A stretch of 64,000 nucleotides of DNA from Pyrinomonadaceae bacterium (GCA_046313635.1 JBKBYA010000002.1:288001-352000), one strand, 5' to 3'. Counted from the first letter of the stretch, positions 28,193 through 37,870 are shown. Numbers and translations are program-made. Notes: generated by a model from the sequence alone, not told the origin.

Positions 28193-28840
28193 TCAGGCCG
28201 CGGTCTCGGCCGATCGCAGATCGCGGCTGCGGTCGATCTCGTTCTCGACGGGATGTCCGATCGATCTCGCAAGGTCTGCGACGTGGAGTTTGGCCTCGGG
28301 CGGCAAGTATGCGAAGGCAGGACGGAGCAGCTCGTCGACGTCACGCCTCGCGCTCTCGAGGTGGGCAAGCACCTTCGACTCATTCCTGCGGCGATGGCAG
28401 GCGGCCGACAGGGCGATCGACGGATGGTCGACAGCCTTTACCAGATCGACGATCGGCGGCCGGAGCGCTCCGTCGCTAGCCGCGATCTCATGCAGGCCCG
28501 CGCATCGTTGGAGCGTCTCGGCGATCTGGACGGCCGAGACGCCGATGCCGGCAGCGGAGAGGATCGCCGCGACGCGGCGGATCTTTTCGGATCTGTCGGC
28601 CGCGAACGCGGAATCTGAGATGTCCGGAGCGCTCGAATACGCATTTGACGCATTTGAAACGAAACGGTCCGCGACTTCGCGTTTGATGAATGAAAGCGCG
28701 ACCGCGGGCCAGATGATCAGATAACAAAACGCGAAAAATACGTCCTTAGAACGGACGTTACCGTGAGCCGACAGGAGACGCCCGGCGGCGACAGGCGTTC
28801 CGCATGTGAGGTAGATGATAACCAGTTCGGAGATCGACAT
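28193..28840 (-). CDS. Hypothetical protein with N-terminal TM segments
   Basis: ORF with hydrophobic N-terminus (IIYLTCGTP...YLIIWP). Start uncertain (28840 or 28918). Confidence 0.55.
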   Translation of the reverse strand: MSISELVIIYLTCGTPVAAGRLLSAHGNVRSKDVFFAFCYLIIWPAVALSFIKREVADRFVSNASNAYSSAPDISDSAFAADRSEKIRRVAAILSAAGIGVSAVQIAETLQRCAGLHEIAASDGALRPPIVDLVKAVDHPSIALSAACHRRRNESKVLAHLESARRDVDELLRPAFAYLPPEAKLHVADLARSIGHPVENEIDRSRDLRSAETAA

Positions 28841-29062
28841 CACCGGCGTTTTGGCAAGGTCCGTACCAGCCGGGGCGAGACCACGAATCGGGACAGTTAA
28901 ACTAGCGGATTGCAGCATTTACACCGGACGATGGAACAAATTTGCGGTTCGTTTCGTTCTTATTGCTGGAGCAAAAAGCCAATTTTGAACTTCCCAATTG
29001 CAAATCGCCAATCCGGGCCCGTTAATGAGTTTGACATTCCCTGACCGGTCCTTGGGAGGACC

Positions 29063-29078
29063 TGGCACCGTATTTGCT
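29063..29078 (+). promoter_or_regulatory. Sigma54 (-24/-12) promoter candidate
   Basis: TGGCAC-CGTAT-TTGCT, a perfect match to TGGCAC-N5-TTGCW. Confidence 0.7.
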
Positions 29079-29159
29079 GAGCAATGGGCAGGAACAGTTC
29101 AAAGTTCTCTAGTGATACATCGCAATTATCAAGCATAAGGGTCAAGGAGGGACGCAATC

Positions 29160-29357
29160 GTGGCAAACAAGTACAAAGTAAAAGTTATCAAGAAGTCTGA
29201 GATCAAGGCGCCCGCGGCGGAGCCGCAGGTCAAGCCCGTATCCAAAAAGGCGGCGGCACGCGATATGGTCGAGACTGTCACGTCTTGGGTGAGCGACTTT
29301 CAGCAGCGGAAAAGGCTCGAGACGAGCGTGGCCTTTGAAACTCTCTTTGCCCGTTGA
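29160..29357 (+). CDS. Small basic hypothetical protein (65 aa)
   Basis: Strong AAGGAGGG RBS before GTG, own terminator downstream. Confidence 0.7.
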   Translation: MANKYKVKVIKKSEIKAPAAEPQVKPVSKKAAARDMVETVTSWVSDFQQRKRLETSVAFETLFAR

Positions 29358-29403
29358 GCGCATCCGCCGCTGATCGGCGACAAATAGGATATTCGTCGTT
29401 AAT

Positions 29404-29432
29404 AAAAGCGGCCGCAATTTGCGGTCGCTTTT
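29404..29432. terminator. Bidirectional-type intrinsic terminator
   Basis: AAAAGCGGCCGCA-ATT-TGCGGTCGCTTTT. Confidence 0.8.
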
Positions 29433-29501
29433 GGTTTGCGCTGCCAAAAGTACCTGTAATTGCGGACAGCCTGAACTCCCTGTTATGCTTGCCCCGACAT
29501 T

Positions 29502-30263
29502 ATGCGGGGAAAGGTTGTCGTAGTTACCGGGGCGAGCAGCGGCATCGGCCGCGCGACCGCCGTTTTATTCGCCAGGCAAGGAGCGACCGTGGTGGCTGTC
29601 GGCAGGAACGAGGCCGAGCTCAACCGCCTCAGAGACGAGTCGGGCACGGCGGGCGGCACGATCCGTCCGCATTTGACCGACGTCACAGAGGTATCGCAAA
29701 TTGACCGGCTCGCATCGGAAACCGTCGAATCATTCGGTCAGGTTGACGTATTGATCAACGCCGCCGGTACGATCAAGAACGGCTCCGTCGAGAGTACCTC
29801 GCTCGACGAATGGGACAAGATGCTGGCGGTGAATCTGCGCTCCGTCTTTTACGCCATACACAAGTTTGTGCCGCATCTCGTGCAGAGCCGCGGCAGCATC
29901 GTTAACGTATCGAGCGTGACGGGTCTGCGTGCATTTCCAAACGTTCTCGCGTACTGCGTATCAAAAGCCGGGGTCGACCAGCTGACGCGCTGCGCGGCGC
30001 TCGAGCTCGCTCCGAAGGGCGTCCGCGTAAATGCCGTCAACCCGGGCGTCGTCGTCACAAACCTGCACAAGCGGGGCGGAATGTCGGAGGACGATTACGA
30101 GAAGTTTCTCGAGCATTCTCGCACGACGCACCCGATCGGTCGCCCCGGAACTCCTGAGGAGGTTGCGGAACTGATCGCCTTCCTTGCTTCGGACAAGGCG
30201 AGCTGGATAACGGGCGTGACCTATTCGATCGACGGCGGCAGGGCTGAGACCTGCGCCAGATAA
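29502..30263 (+). CDS. SDR family oxidoreductase
   Basis: TGASSGIG, INAAG, YCVSK (YxxxK), VRVNAVNPG. Confidence 0.93.
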   Translation: MRGKVVVVTGASSGIGRATAVLFARQGATVVAVGRNEAELNRLRDESGTAGGTIRPHLTDVTEVSQIDRLASETVESFGQVDVLINAAGTIKNGSVESTSLDEWDKMLAVNLRSVFYAIHKFVPHLVQSRGSIVNVSSVTGLRAFPNVLAYCVSKAGVDQLTRCAALELAPKGVRVNAVNPGVVVTNLHKRGGMSEDDYEKFLEHSRTTHPIGRPGTPEEVAELIAFLASDKASWITGVTYSIDGGRAETCAR

Positions 30264-30272
30264 TTCACGGTT

Positions 30273-31052
30273 CTGAAGATACAATTGCTTCCAAGCAGCT
30301 TTGACGAGAACGGCCGGCCGTCGGTGCGGCAGCACTTGTCTTGCCTTGTCGTGAACGATTCGGTCGCCGTCGATGCAGGGAGTCTCGCCTTCGCCGCCAC
30401 CGACCGGCAGCGGCGCCAGATACGCGACGTCGTCCTCACTCACGCTCATCTCGATCACATCGCGGGTCTGCCGATCTTTATCGACGATCTTTTTGCGACT
30501 CTAGACTCGCCCGTCCGCATCCACGCGTCCGACGAGATCATCGAGACGCTCGAACGAGATATCTTCAACTGGTCGGTTTATCCGCGCTTTTCCGAGTTGA
30601 CGAACGATCACGGGCCTGTCGTCGAGTATCGTTCCTATGCCGAAGGCGCCGCCTTCAAAGTCTGCGAACTGGAATTCCTGCCCGTCCGTGTGAATCACAA
30701 GGTGCCCGCCTACGGCTTTATCGTCGAGGACGGCCGTTCGACGATCGCGATCAGCGGCGATACCGCGGCGATGGAAGGTTTTTGGAACGAGGTGAATGCA
30801 AGGAGCGAGGTGACCGCCGTGGTGCTGGAATGCGCCTTTCCGGATGAGCTGTCCGATCTTGCGGACCGGTCGTTTCACATGACGCCGTCGAAGCTGCTCG
30901 CCGAGATCTGCAAATTCGGCAAACGGGACGATTGTCCGATCTTCGTTTTTAATATCAAACCGATGTATCGCGAGCGCGTCGCGGAGCAGCTTGCGCGACT
31001 GGGCGCTCCTAACCTGCATATCGTCGAGGTTGGAAAGACCTATTTTTGGTGA
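30273..31052 (+). CDS. Metallo-beta-lactamase fold 3',5'-cyclic-nucleotide phosphodiesterase-like protein
   Basis: THAHLDHIAGLP, IFNWSVYPRF, NHKVP, SGDT, ECAFP, FHMTP. Start uncertain (CTG 30273 or TTG 30285). Confidence 0.82.
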   Translation: MKIQLLPSSFDENGRPSVRQHLSCLVVNDSVAVDAGSLAFAATDRQRRQIRDVVLTHAHLDHIAGLPIFIDDLFATLDSPVRIHASDEIIETLERDIFNWSVYPRFSELTNDHGPVVEYRSYAEGAAFKVCELEFLPVRVNHKVPAYGFIVEDGRSTIAISGDTAAMEGFWNEVNARSEVTAVVLECAFPDELSDLADRSFHMTPSKLLAEICKFGKRDDCPIFVFNIKPMYRERVAEQLARLGAPNLHIVEVGKTYFW

Positions 31053-31294
31053 TCGCGCGCGGCCTTTTCGCGGAGGAAGTTGATCGGCTCAAACGCGCCC
31101 TGGCGGTGCTCGCCGATAAAGTCGTAAAGGATCACGCGGCCGTTCGGCAGTACTTCTTTTATCTTAAAGGTCCTTTCGTCGCGCTCGCGGCCCGGCATGA
31201 TCTCGGCCTTGAACGTCACGCTCATCTCGGGCCGCGCCCAGACGTTGTCGGGGGACATCGTTCGATGACGTTTTTTCTTACCAAAGAGAGGCAT
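31046..31294 (-). CDS. Small hypothetical protein
   Basis: MPLFGKKK...FKAEIMPGRERDERTFKIKEVLPNGRV. Coding-like, AGGAG upstream. Confidence 0.65.
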
Positions 31295-31586
31295 GCTATT
31301 GGTCGGCCTCGGGCTCCTGTTTATGTTTCGCTTTTCTCTCCGACGGCCTCGCTTTTGACTCCGGCTTGCGAGTTCCGATCGATCGGCTAGGCGGTGCGGT
31401 CGGCTTGCGGATCGACTCAAAGATCGGCCGCGGCTCGTTGGACTTTCGCTTTCTGCTGGCCATGCGTCGAGAGTATAACAGAAACGGATATTAGCCCACC
31501 GGCCGGATAGTTCGTTGACAACATTTGGAATGAAATTCAGTATATAGACGCCGTCAACGACAAGCCCGCGGGCGGCCTCTCCCGTT

Positions 31587-32510
31587 TTGCAGATGCGTCA
31601 GAATAGAGCCCCGAACAGCAGTCACAAGCCGCCATTCTGGCTGGCGGCGTCGAATTTTTACGTGCTGTCGGTCGGCTTCTCGATCGGAACTTTCTTTCTT
31701 ATCTGGGCGATACTTCACGATGCGAGCGAGGAGACCGCCGTCTTTCCCGCCGGGATCATCGCCAGCGGCACGCTGCTCTCGGCCGTGGGCCTGCGCCTCT
31801 ACATTCTCCGGCGCATAAGGAGCCGTCTGATCGCTACACGCCGGCTCGAACAGAATCTGGCGGCGATCTCGCCGCGCGCGGCAGAATCGGCTCGGCCAAA
31901 GCTCTCGATCGAGCAGAACGCCCGGATCATTCGTGAGATCGAGAGACGTTCCGAGGCGGCGAAGCTGCTCGCAAAGTACCCGGAAGGCCATCGGGAGGTA
32001 TACCTCTTGTGCCGTGAGTACCTGGCAGTTAACGAGAATGAACTGCGCAGCGTCGGGCCCGGTTCGCCGCGCATCGCCGCGTTGAGACACGGTCGCCGGC
32101 ATGTGGAGGAGATCCACCGACACCACTTGCTGCAGTGGACCGAGCTTGAGGTGACCGCTCTTACAAACGATTCGCGGCGGCAGCGCAGCGCTTCGAAAAA
32201 GATCGACGCCGCCGAACGTGCACTCGAGATCATCGGCGCCGCGACCGAGTACTATCCCGCCGAGCCGGCGCTGTCGGAGTCGGCAGCGTTTCTCGACGAG
32301 TACATTGCCGGCATCCGCGTCGCCGACCTGACCGCGCGGGCCCGCCGCGCGGAGCAAAAAGATCGACCGGAGGACGCCGCGAAATTCTATCGGCGGGCGC
32401 GTGAAGTGATCGATTCGCGCCCGGCAGTTTCTGCCGAACTCAGGGCGGCTGCAATGGAAATTGACGCCGGCCTCGAAAAGATACGAGAATCGAATAGCAC
32501 GAATAAATAG
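31587..32510 (+). CDS. Hypothetical membrane protein (2 TMs plus helical, TPR-like region)
   Basis: Two N-terminal hydrophobic helices, long Ala/Glu/Arg-rich helical domain. Confidence 0.7.
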   Translation: MQMRQNRAPNSSHKPPFWLAASNFYVLSVGFSIGTFFLIWAILHDASEETAVFPAGIIASGTLLSAVGLRLYILRRIRSRLIATRRLEQNLAAISPRAAESARPKLSIEQNARIIREIERRSEAAKLLAKYPEGHREVYLLCREYLAVNENELRSVGPGSPRIAALRHGRRHVEEIHRHHLLQWTELEVTALTNDSRRQRSASKKIDAAERALEIIGAATEYYPAEPALSESAAFLDEYIAGIRVADLTARARRAEQKDRPEDAAKFYRRAREVIDSRPAVSAELRAAAMEIDAGLEKIRESNSTNK

Positions 32511-32535
32511 ACCCCTTATGAAGTCGCTGAAGTAA

Positions 32536-32748
32536 ATGATCTCCCAAAAATGTCCAAGGTGTCGAAGCAGCCGTATACGGCGCGGTTACAGGCCCACAAG
32601 GCTGTGGTCTAAATTGTTGTTCAGGTATAACCTGCTCTGCGACGGCTGCAACTGGGAGTTTACCGGGTTTGCCGTGCCCGGCACCCTGAACCGTAAAAAG
32701 GACCGCCGCCCGCCGACCGACAAAAAGGTCGTCGAGCCGGTCGAGTAA
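32536..32748 (+). CDS. Small zinc-ribbon protein
   Basis: CPRC...CDGC pair. Confidence 0.7.
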   Translation: MISQKCPRCRSSRIRRGYRPTRLWSKLLFRYNLLCDGCNWEFTGFAVPGTLNRKKDRRPPTDKKVVEPVE

Positions 32749-32752
32749 ATCG

Positions 32753-33790
32753 TTGATCGCCCCTAGATCCAATCCGCTGATCCGCACCTCGCCGGCCTTG
32801 TCAATCATCGTACTGCGATCTTCTCTCACGCTCCTGCTGGCGGCGGTGATGTGCGCTCCGGGGGCGGCCCATGCCCAGTCGAGGACGCTGCCGCCCGAGA
32901 CCGCGCTGATTCACTATGGCGACCTCGTCGATGTGGACGTCGTCGGCAGCATCGAGTTTGACTGGCGCGGCGGCCTGACGCCTGAAGGGTTTCTCGATGG
33001 TTTTGATAAGAGCGACGAGCCGATCTACGCGCTGTGCCGCAGCGAGGACGAGGTCGCGGCGGATGTTGCCCGGGCGTACTCCAAGTTCCTGCGCGATCCA
33101 AGGGTCGTGGTCCGCGTTCTCGACCGGTCCGATCGCGCGGTCGCGATCCTTTACGGAGCGGTCAAGGTGCCGCAGCGGTTCAGGATCAAACGCTCGGTCA
33201 GGCTGAGCGAGCTGCTCGCGCTGTCGGGCGGAATCACCGACGACTCGAGCGGCGACATAATCGTCTACCGGCCCGAAGGCGTCAGCTGCGCGGCCCGTGC
33301 CGAACGGCCGGCGAACGACCAGCTCGAGAGGCCCGCGGCGCCCTCCGCAGGCTCGACCTATCGCATCCCGATCGGTTCGATACTGGCCGGCGAGACCGGT
33401 GCAGATCTGCCGATCTTCAGCGGCGACATCATCACGGTCGCCGAGGCGTCGCCGATATTTGTGATGGGTGCCGTAGGCAATCCAAGAGCTGTCGCGTCGA
33501 GGGCGGACCTCAGGGTCACGCAGGCGATATCGATGGCCGGCGGGGCCGCAAAGGAGGCTCGCCGCGGGCTGGTTTCGGTCTACAGACGCGAGGCCGGCGA
33601 AACCAAGGTACTCGAGGTCGACCTCGGTTCGACCGAGCCCGGCAGCCCCGGCGACATCCTTTTGAAACCTTATGACGTGGTCGACGTGGGCCTCAAAGGG
33701 ATGCCGAAGCGGCGACTCGCAGATCCCGCCGGCTGGTCGAGGGCCAGAGACGAAAACCCGCAGCGAATGCCGCTCAGGATCATCGAGTAG
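32753..33790 (+). CDS. Polysaccharide export / SLBB domain protein (Wza-like periplasmic part)
   Basis: IHYGDLVDVDV, KFLRDPRVVV, GAVKVP, GAVGNP...QAISMAGG, LKPYDVV. Confidence 0.75.
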   Translation: MIAPRSNPLIRTSPALSIIVLRSSLTLLLAAVMCAPGAAHAQSRTLPPETALIHYGDLVDVDVVGSIEFDWRGGLTPEGFLDGFDKSDEPIYALCRSEDEVAADVARAYSKFLRDPRVVVRVLDRSDRAVAILYGAVKVPQRFRIKRSVRLSELLALSGGITDDSSGDIIVYRPEGVSCAARAERPANDQLERPAAPSAGSTYRIPIGSILAGETGADLPIFSGDIITVAEASPIFVMGAVGNPRAVASRADLRVTQAISMAGGAAKEARRGLVSVYRREAGETKVLEVDLGSTEPGSPGDILLKPYDVVDVGLKGMPKRRLADPAGWSRARDENPQRMPLRIIE

Positions 33791-33884
33791 CCGCTCGCCG
33801 GCAGTCTGGAACGCCTTGTTCCGGTACTGTCTTTCCTCTAGAATGAGCGAAAGGGCGAATTGCCCGTTTTTACTAAGCAAAACT

Positions 33885-34103
33885 ATGGCTCAGAAGCAAA
33901 GCAGGTTCAGCCGCCGTTCGATCGCCCTTTTTTGGGTTGCGCTGGTGGCCGTGGTCATCGGCGTTCTCATCTATCTCGAGCAGATCGCGGCGTTGTACGT
34001 CCTCGCCACCTTGTCGCTCGTCGCTCTGCTGATCGTCGTCGGATTCGCCGATCTCGAGAAGATAGGCCGCGAACGTGCGGGTGATTTTGCAAAGGGAGAT
34101 TAG
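33885..34103 (+). CDS. Small two-TM membrane protein
   Basis: MAQKQSRF followed by two hydrophobic helices. Confidence 0.65.
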   Translation: MAQKQSRFSRRSIALFWVALVAVVIGVLIYLEQIAALYVLATLSLVALLIVVGFADLEKIGRERAGDFAKGD

Positions 34104-34106
34104 CTG

Positions 34107-35411
34107 GTGACGAAGGTTTGGGTCGGGCTCGTGTCGCTGCTCGTCGCTGCCGCATCGCTCGCGGCGACGGTCAATGCCGCGCCTGCTCGGCTCAAGTGGA
34201 AGCGGCCCGCGGTCACCGTGGCGATCTCGTCATCTCTTCTCGCCGAGACACCAAACGTACCGTCTCGCGGCGAGGCTCTCGACGCGATAGAAAAGAGTCT
34301 TAAGACATGGTCGGCCGCAGCCAACGTTACGCTGCGACCGGTCACCAGTCAGCTCCAGAATGTAGATCCGGCCGGGCAGCAGGGTGACGGCGTCTCGCTG
34401 CTCACGATCGCCGCGACGCCGGAGAATGTCGCACTCTTTCCCAAAGGCGGTGAAGACGCGGCGGCCCGCACGCGTATATTTTTTGACGCGCGAGGCTTCA
34501 TCACCGAGGCCGATATCGTTCTCAATCCCTTTATCCAGTTTTCAAACGGCGGCCTGCCCGGTACGTTCGATCTGCAGGGGACGGTGACCCACGAGCTCGG
34601 CCATCTACTTGGCCTTCCGCATTCTGATGTCATCGGCTCGACGATGAGCGAGATCAATTCGCAGAACGGCATATTCAACGTCACCGGTTTTGCGTCGAGG
34701 ACGCTGTCGGGCTCTGACGTCGCCGCGATCCGCGCTTTGTATGGCCCGCCGCCTAACGACGCCGAATGCTGCGGTCGCATCTCGGGGCGGCTGACGCTCT
34801 CGCCGGCGAGACCGGCGGCAGGCTGGAGCGTTTGGGCAGAAGACGTTTTGACCGGCGCGGTCGTCGCATCGTCAAGGACCGGCTCCGACGGGAGCTACAC
34901 CCTCGCTGGGCTCGACTACGGCAGCGTCCGCGTCCTTGCTCAGCCGGCGGCCGGTACGAGAGCCTCGGTCGCTGCCGAGTCGCTCGGCGAGGCACAGATA
35001 TCCCGCAGCGAGCCGAACGGAACGCTTAACAAGGTCGTCGCGCAGCGGACGCTCGGATTCGAGCTGTCGCTCATCGGCTTTGATCAGCAGCTCGCCAATG
35101 CCGCCGTGATGCTGAATGGCGGGCTTCGATACAGGCTCCTTGTCGCCGGCCGCGGCCTGCATCCCGACACGATCCGGCTTGGAACGGATTCGCCGTGGCT
35201 GACGATCACGCGGTCGGCCGAGTCGAGGATCGATTTTGGAAAGGGACTATCGGTCCTCGAGTTCAGCGTATCGGTCGACCCCGCGGCGCCGTCAGGGAGT
35301 TACAGTCTCTATGCGGCGTCGGCGTCAACAGGACTCTCACGCTATCTGATCGGCGGACTGACGGTCGAGCGATTCCCGAACCTGCTCGCCGAGGGAACCG
35401 TTGGCGAATGA
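34107..35411 (+). CDS. Matrixin-like (M10) zinc metalloprotease, secreted
   Basis: HELGHLLGLPH (HExxHxxGxxH), Met-turn STM, EADIVLN, C-terminal beta-sandwich domain. Confidence 0.85.
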   Translation: MTKVWVGLVSLLVAAASLAATVNAAPARLKWKRPAVTVAISSSLLAETPNVPSRGEALDAIEKSLKTWSAAANVTLRPVTSQLQNVDPAGQQGDGVSLLTIAATPENVALFPKGGEDAAARTRIFFDARGFITEADIVLNPFIQFSNGGLPGTFDLQGTVTHELGHLLGLPHSDVIGSTMSEINSQNGIFNVTGFASRTLSGSDVAAIRALYGPPPNDAECCGRISGRLTLSPARPAAGWSVWAEDVLTGAVVASSRTGSDGSYTLAGLDYGSVRVLAQPAAGTRASVAAESLGEAQISRSEPNGTLNKVVAQRTLGFELSLIGFDQQLANAAVMLNGGLRYRLLVAGRGLHPDTIRLGTDSPWLTITRSAESRIDFGKGLSVLEFSVSVDPAAPSGSYSLYAASASTGLSRYLIGGLTVERFPNLLAEGTVGE

Positions 35412-35479
35412 ACCGGCGCACTCCGGCACGTGTCCGGACCGCACGCTTTCGTTTTTAGCATAAGAATTTTATAATAAAT

Positions 35480-35572
35480 ATCGTTCACCTCCCCGGTGAA
35501 CAATCGATCGCGGGTGGTGAGGACCCGCGGTTACAGGGGCGACGGTGTGGGAGACGTCGCCCCTTAACTTTT
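35480..35572 (+). ncRNA. Candidate small RNA with three hairpins
   Basis: TATAAT at 35470-35475. Perfect stems 35483-35501, 35509-35529 and 35535-35564, then TAACTTTT. Confidence 0.5.
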
Positions 35573-35598
35573 ATGCAGGGCCGCGCGCTCCAAACATC

Positions 35599-35744
35599 TT
35601 GATTTTCGAACGTCTGCGGTTAGAATTGGCTTTAGTGCGTACTGCATCAGCGGATGTCGGCCGCCTTCGAACGAGGGCGGCCGGCTCGACAGTTTCACTA
35701 GGTCAAGGCTACCGCCGGAGCTGTTTTCCGGGCGGTCTTTTTTT
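35599..35744 (+). promoter_or_regulatory. Promoter plus structured 5' leader ending in an intrinsic terminator just before the transporter start
   Basis: TTGATT-16-TAGAAT, hairpin 35656-35685, terminator-like ACCGCCGGAG..TTTCCGGGCGGT + T-run ending about 10 nt before ATG 35754. Confidence 0.55.
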
Positions 35745-35753
35745 GTTTTTTCT

Positions 35754-37760
35754 ATGAAGAATGGTGGTTCAGGCCGGCTCCGGCGCTGGCTTCTGCAGGG
35801 CGTCCACGAACCGGAAGGCCCGCATGAGCCTGAAGGCAGACATAAGACACATGCCTGGTGGAAGGTGATGTGTCTCACGGGCGTCGACTACTTTTCGACA
35901 CTGGGTTACCAACCCGGCATCGCCTTTCTCGCGGCCGGTGCGTTGTCGCCTTTCGCGACTCTCGTTCTTGTCCTTCTGACGCTCTTTGGAGCCCTTCCGA
36001 TGTACCGACGCGTGGCCGAGGAGAGTCCTCACGGCGACGGGTCGATCTCGATGCTCGAGCACCTGCTGTCGCGGTGGAAGGGCAAGCTCTTTGTACTCGC
36101 GCTCCTCGGTTTTGTCGCGACGAGCTTCATAATCACGATCACCTTGTCTGCCGCTGACGCGACGGCGCACATCATCGAAAATCCCTTCGTCGAGCACAAT
36201 CTGCAGTTCCTCAACCACCGCATCATCGTTACCGTCGTGCTGATCGGATTTCTCGGGGCCGTCTTTCTAAAAGGCTTTAACGAGGCGATCGGTCTCGCGG
36301 TGGTCATCGTCGCGGTCTTTATCACGCTGAATATCGTGACGATCGGGCGCGGCCTGTACGAGATATTCTGGGTCCATCCTGAAGCGCTCAGTAATTGGCA
36401 GGCGATGGTCTGGGGCCATCCAGACGTCGGGGGCCGCGTCACATGGCTGATCGCCGCGTCGCTTATTGTATTTCCAAAGCTGGCACTCGGATTGTCGGGC
36501 TTTGAGACAGGCGTTGTCGTGATGCCGCTGATCAAAAGCGATGACTCGACCACGACGCGCGAGAGCGAGCAGCTGCGCCGTATCTCGGCGACCGAGACCG
36601 GTCTCAACACCGGTGAGCAGGCAAGGCTCGAGGGACGCATCCGCAACGGTAAAAAGCTGCTGACGGTCGCGGCCGTGATAATGAGCTTCATGCTGATCGG
36701 CAGCAGCCTCATCACGTCGATGCTCGTCCCGCCGGAAGAGTTTCAGGAGGGCGGCGAGGCCTACGGGCGCGCCGTCTCGTATATCGCCCATGGTCTGCTC
36801 GGATCGACATTCGGGACCATCTACGACATTTCAACGATCGCGATACTTTGGTTCGCCGGAGCGTCGGCGATGGCCGGACTTTTGAATATCGTGCCGCGGT
36901 ATCTGCCTCGATACGGCATGGCTCCCAACTGGGCAAAGGCAACGCGGCCGCTCGTGCTCGTCTTTACGGGGATCTGCATATTGGTGACCGTCCTCTTCAA
37001 GGCGGACGTCACCGCTCAGGGCGGCGCGTATGCGACGGGCGTGCTGGCCCTTATGACCTCGGCCTGCGTGGCCGTCAGCATCTCGACCTGGCGTCGCCGC
37101 GACCGCTCTCGCTATGCCTTTATTGTCATCACGGCTGTCTTCTTTTACACGACGACCCTGAACATCGTCGAGCAGCCGAGCGGCATCAAGATCGCGACGC
37201 TGTTCATCATCGCGATAGTTGTGACGTCGTTCATCTCGCGTGCACTGCGGACGACCGAACTGCGCGTCGACCGGATCGAACTCGACGAGACGGCGCAGTC
37301 CTTTATCGACGAGCTCGATGCCGAAGGCGAGATCCGCATCGTCACGAATCGCCGCGAGACGGGCGACGTGACCGAGTACAGATTCAAGGAGCACGAAAAG
37401 AGGATAGACAATCACATACCGGCGACCGACCCGATATTGTTTTACGAGATAGATCTCGGCGATGCCTCTGAGTTTACCGGTGCGCTCAAGATACGCGGCG
37501 TGGATATCGAGGGATACAAAGTGCTGCGGACCGAAGCGCCGGCCGTGCCGAACGCGATCGCCGCTCTTTTGCTGCACCTCCGAGATACGACGGGCAAGAT
37601 CCCCCACGTCTATTTCGGGTGGAGCGAGGGCAACCCGATCGTGTACCTCGCGCGGTACATTCTATTCGGCGAGGGCGACACGGCACCTGTGACGCGCGAG
37701 ATCCTCAGACAAGCCGAGCCCGACCCCGAGCTGCGGCCGAATGTACACGTCGGCGGATGA
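35754..37760 (+). CDS. APC-superfamily transporter, KimA/KUP-like putative K+ transporter (copy 1)
   Basis: About 12 TMs, [25 protein letters not shown]-terminal cytoplasmic domain. Confidence 0.8.
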   Translation: MKNGGSGRLRRWLLQGVHEPEGPHEPEGRHKTHAWWKVMCLTGVDYFSTLGYQPGIAFLAAGALSPFATLVLVLLTLFGALPMYRRVAEESPHGDGSISMLEHLLSRWKGKLFVLALLGFVATSFIITITLSAADATAHIIENPFVEHNLQFLNHRIIVTVVLIGFLGAVFLKGFNEAIGLAVVIVAVFITLNIVTIGRGLYEIFWVHPEALSNWQAMVWGHPDVGGRVTWLIAASLIVFPKLALGLSGFETGVVVMPLIKSDDSTTTRESEQLRRISATETGLNTGEQARLEGRIRNGKKLLTVAAVIMSFMLIGSSLITSMLVPPEEFQEGGEAYGRAVSYIAHGLLGSTFGTIYDISTIAILWFAGASAMAGLLNIVPRYLPRYGMAPNWAKATRPLVLVFTGICILVTVLFKADVTAQGGAYATGVLALMTSACVAVSISTWRRRDRSRYAFIVITAVFFYTTTLNIVEQPSGIKIATLFIIAIVVTSFISRALRTTELRVDRIELDETAQSFIDELDAEGEIRIVTNRRETGDVTEYRFKEHEKRIDNHIPATDPILFYEIDLGDASEFTGALKIRGVDIEGYKVLRTEAPAVPNAIAALLLHLRDTTGKIPHVYFGWSEGNPIVYLARYILFGEGDTAPVTREILRQAEPDPELRPNVHVGG

Positions 37761-37870
37761 TCGTGCCGTGCATTGCATTGACCTGATGCGGGGCGTATAG
37801 TCTTGCACTTGAACGAACGCGGCCGCTTTTCGCACCAGAGGGCGAATGAGCGGCCGCTGACATTTGTTTT

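Noticed and set aside
35412..35753. c-di-AMP (ydaO), SRP or 6S RNA identity for the structured intergenic region
   Set aside because: I could not find their consensus elements by eye. Left as unassigned candidates pending cmscan.
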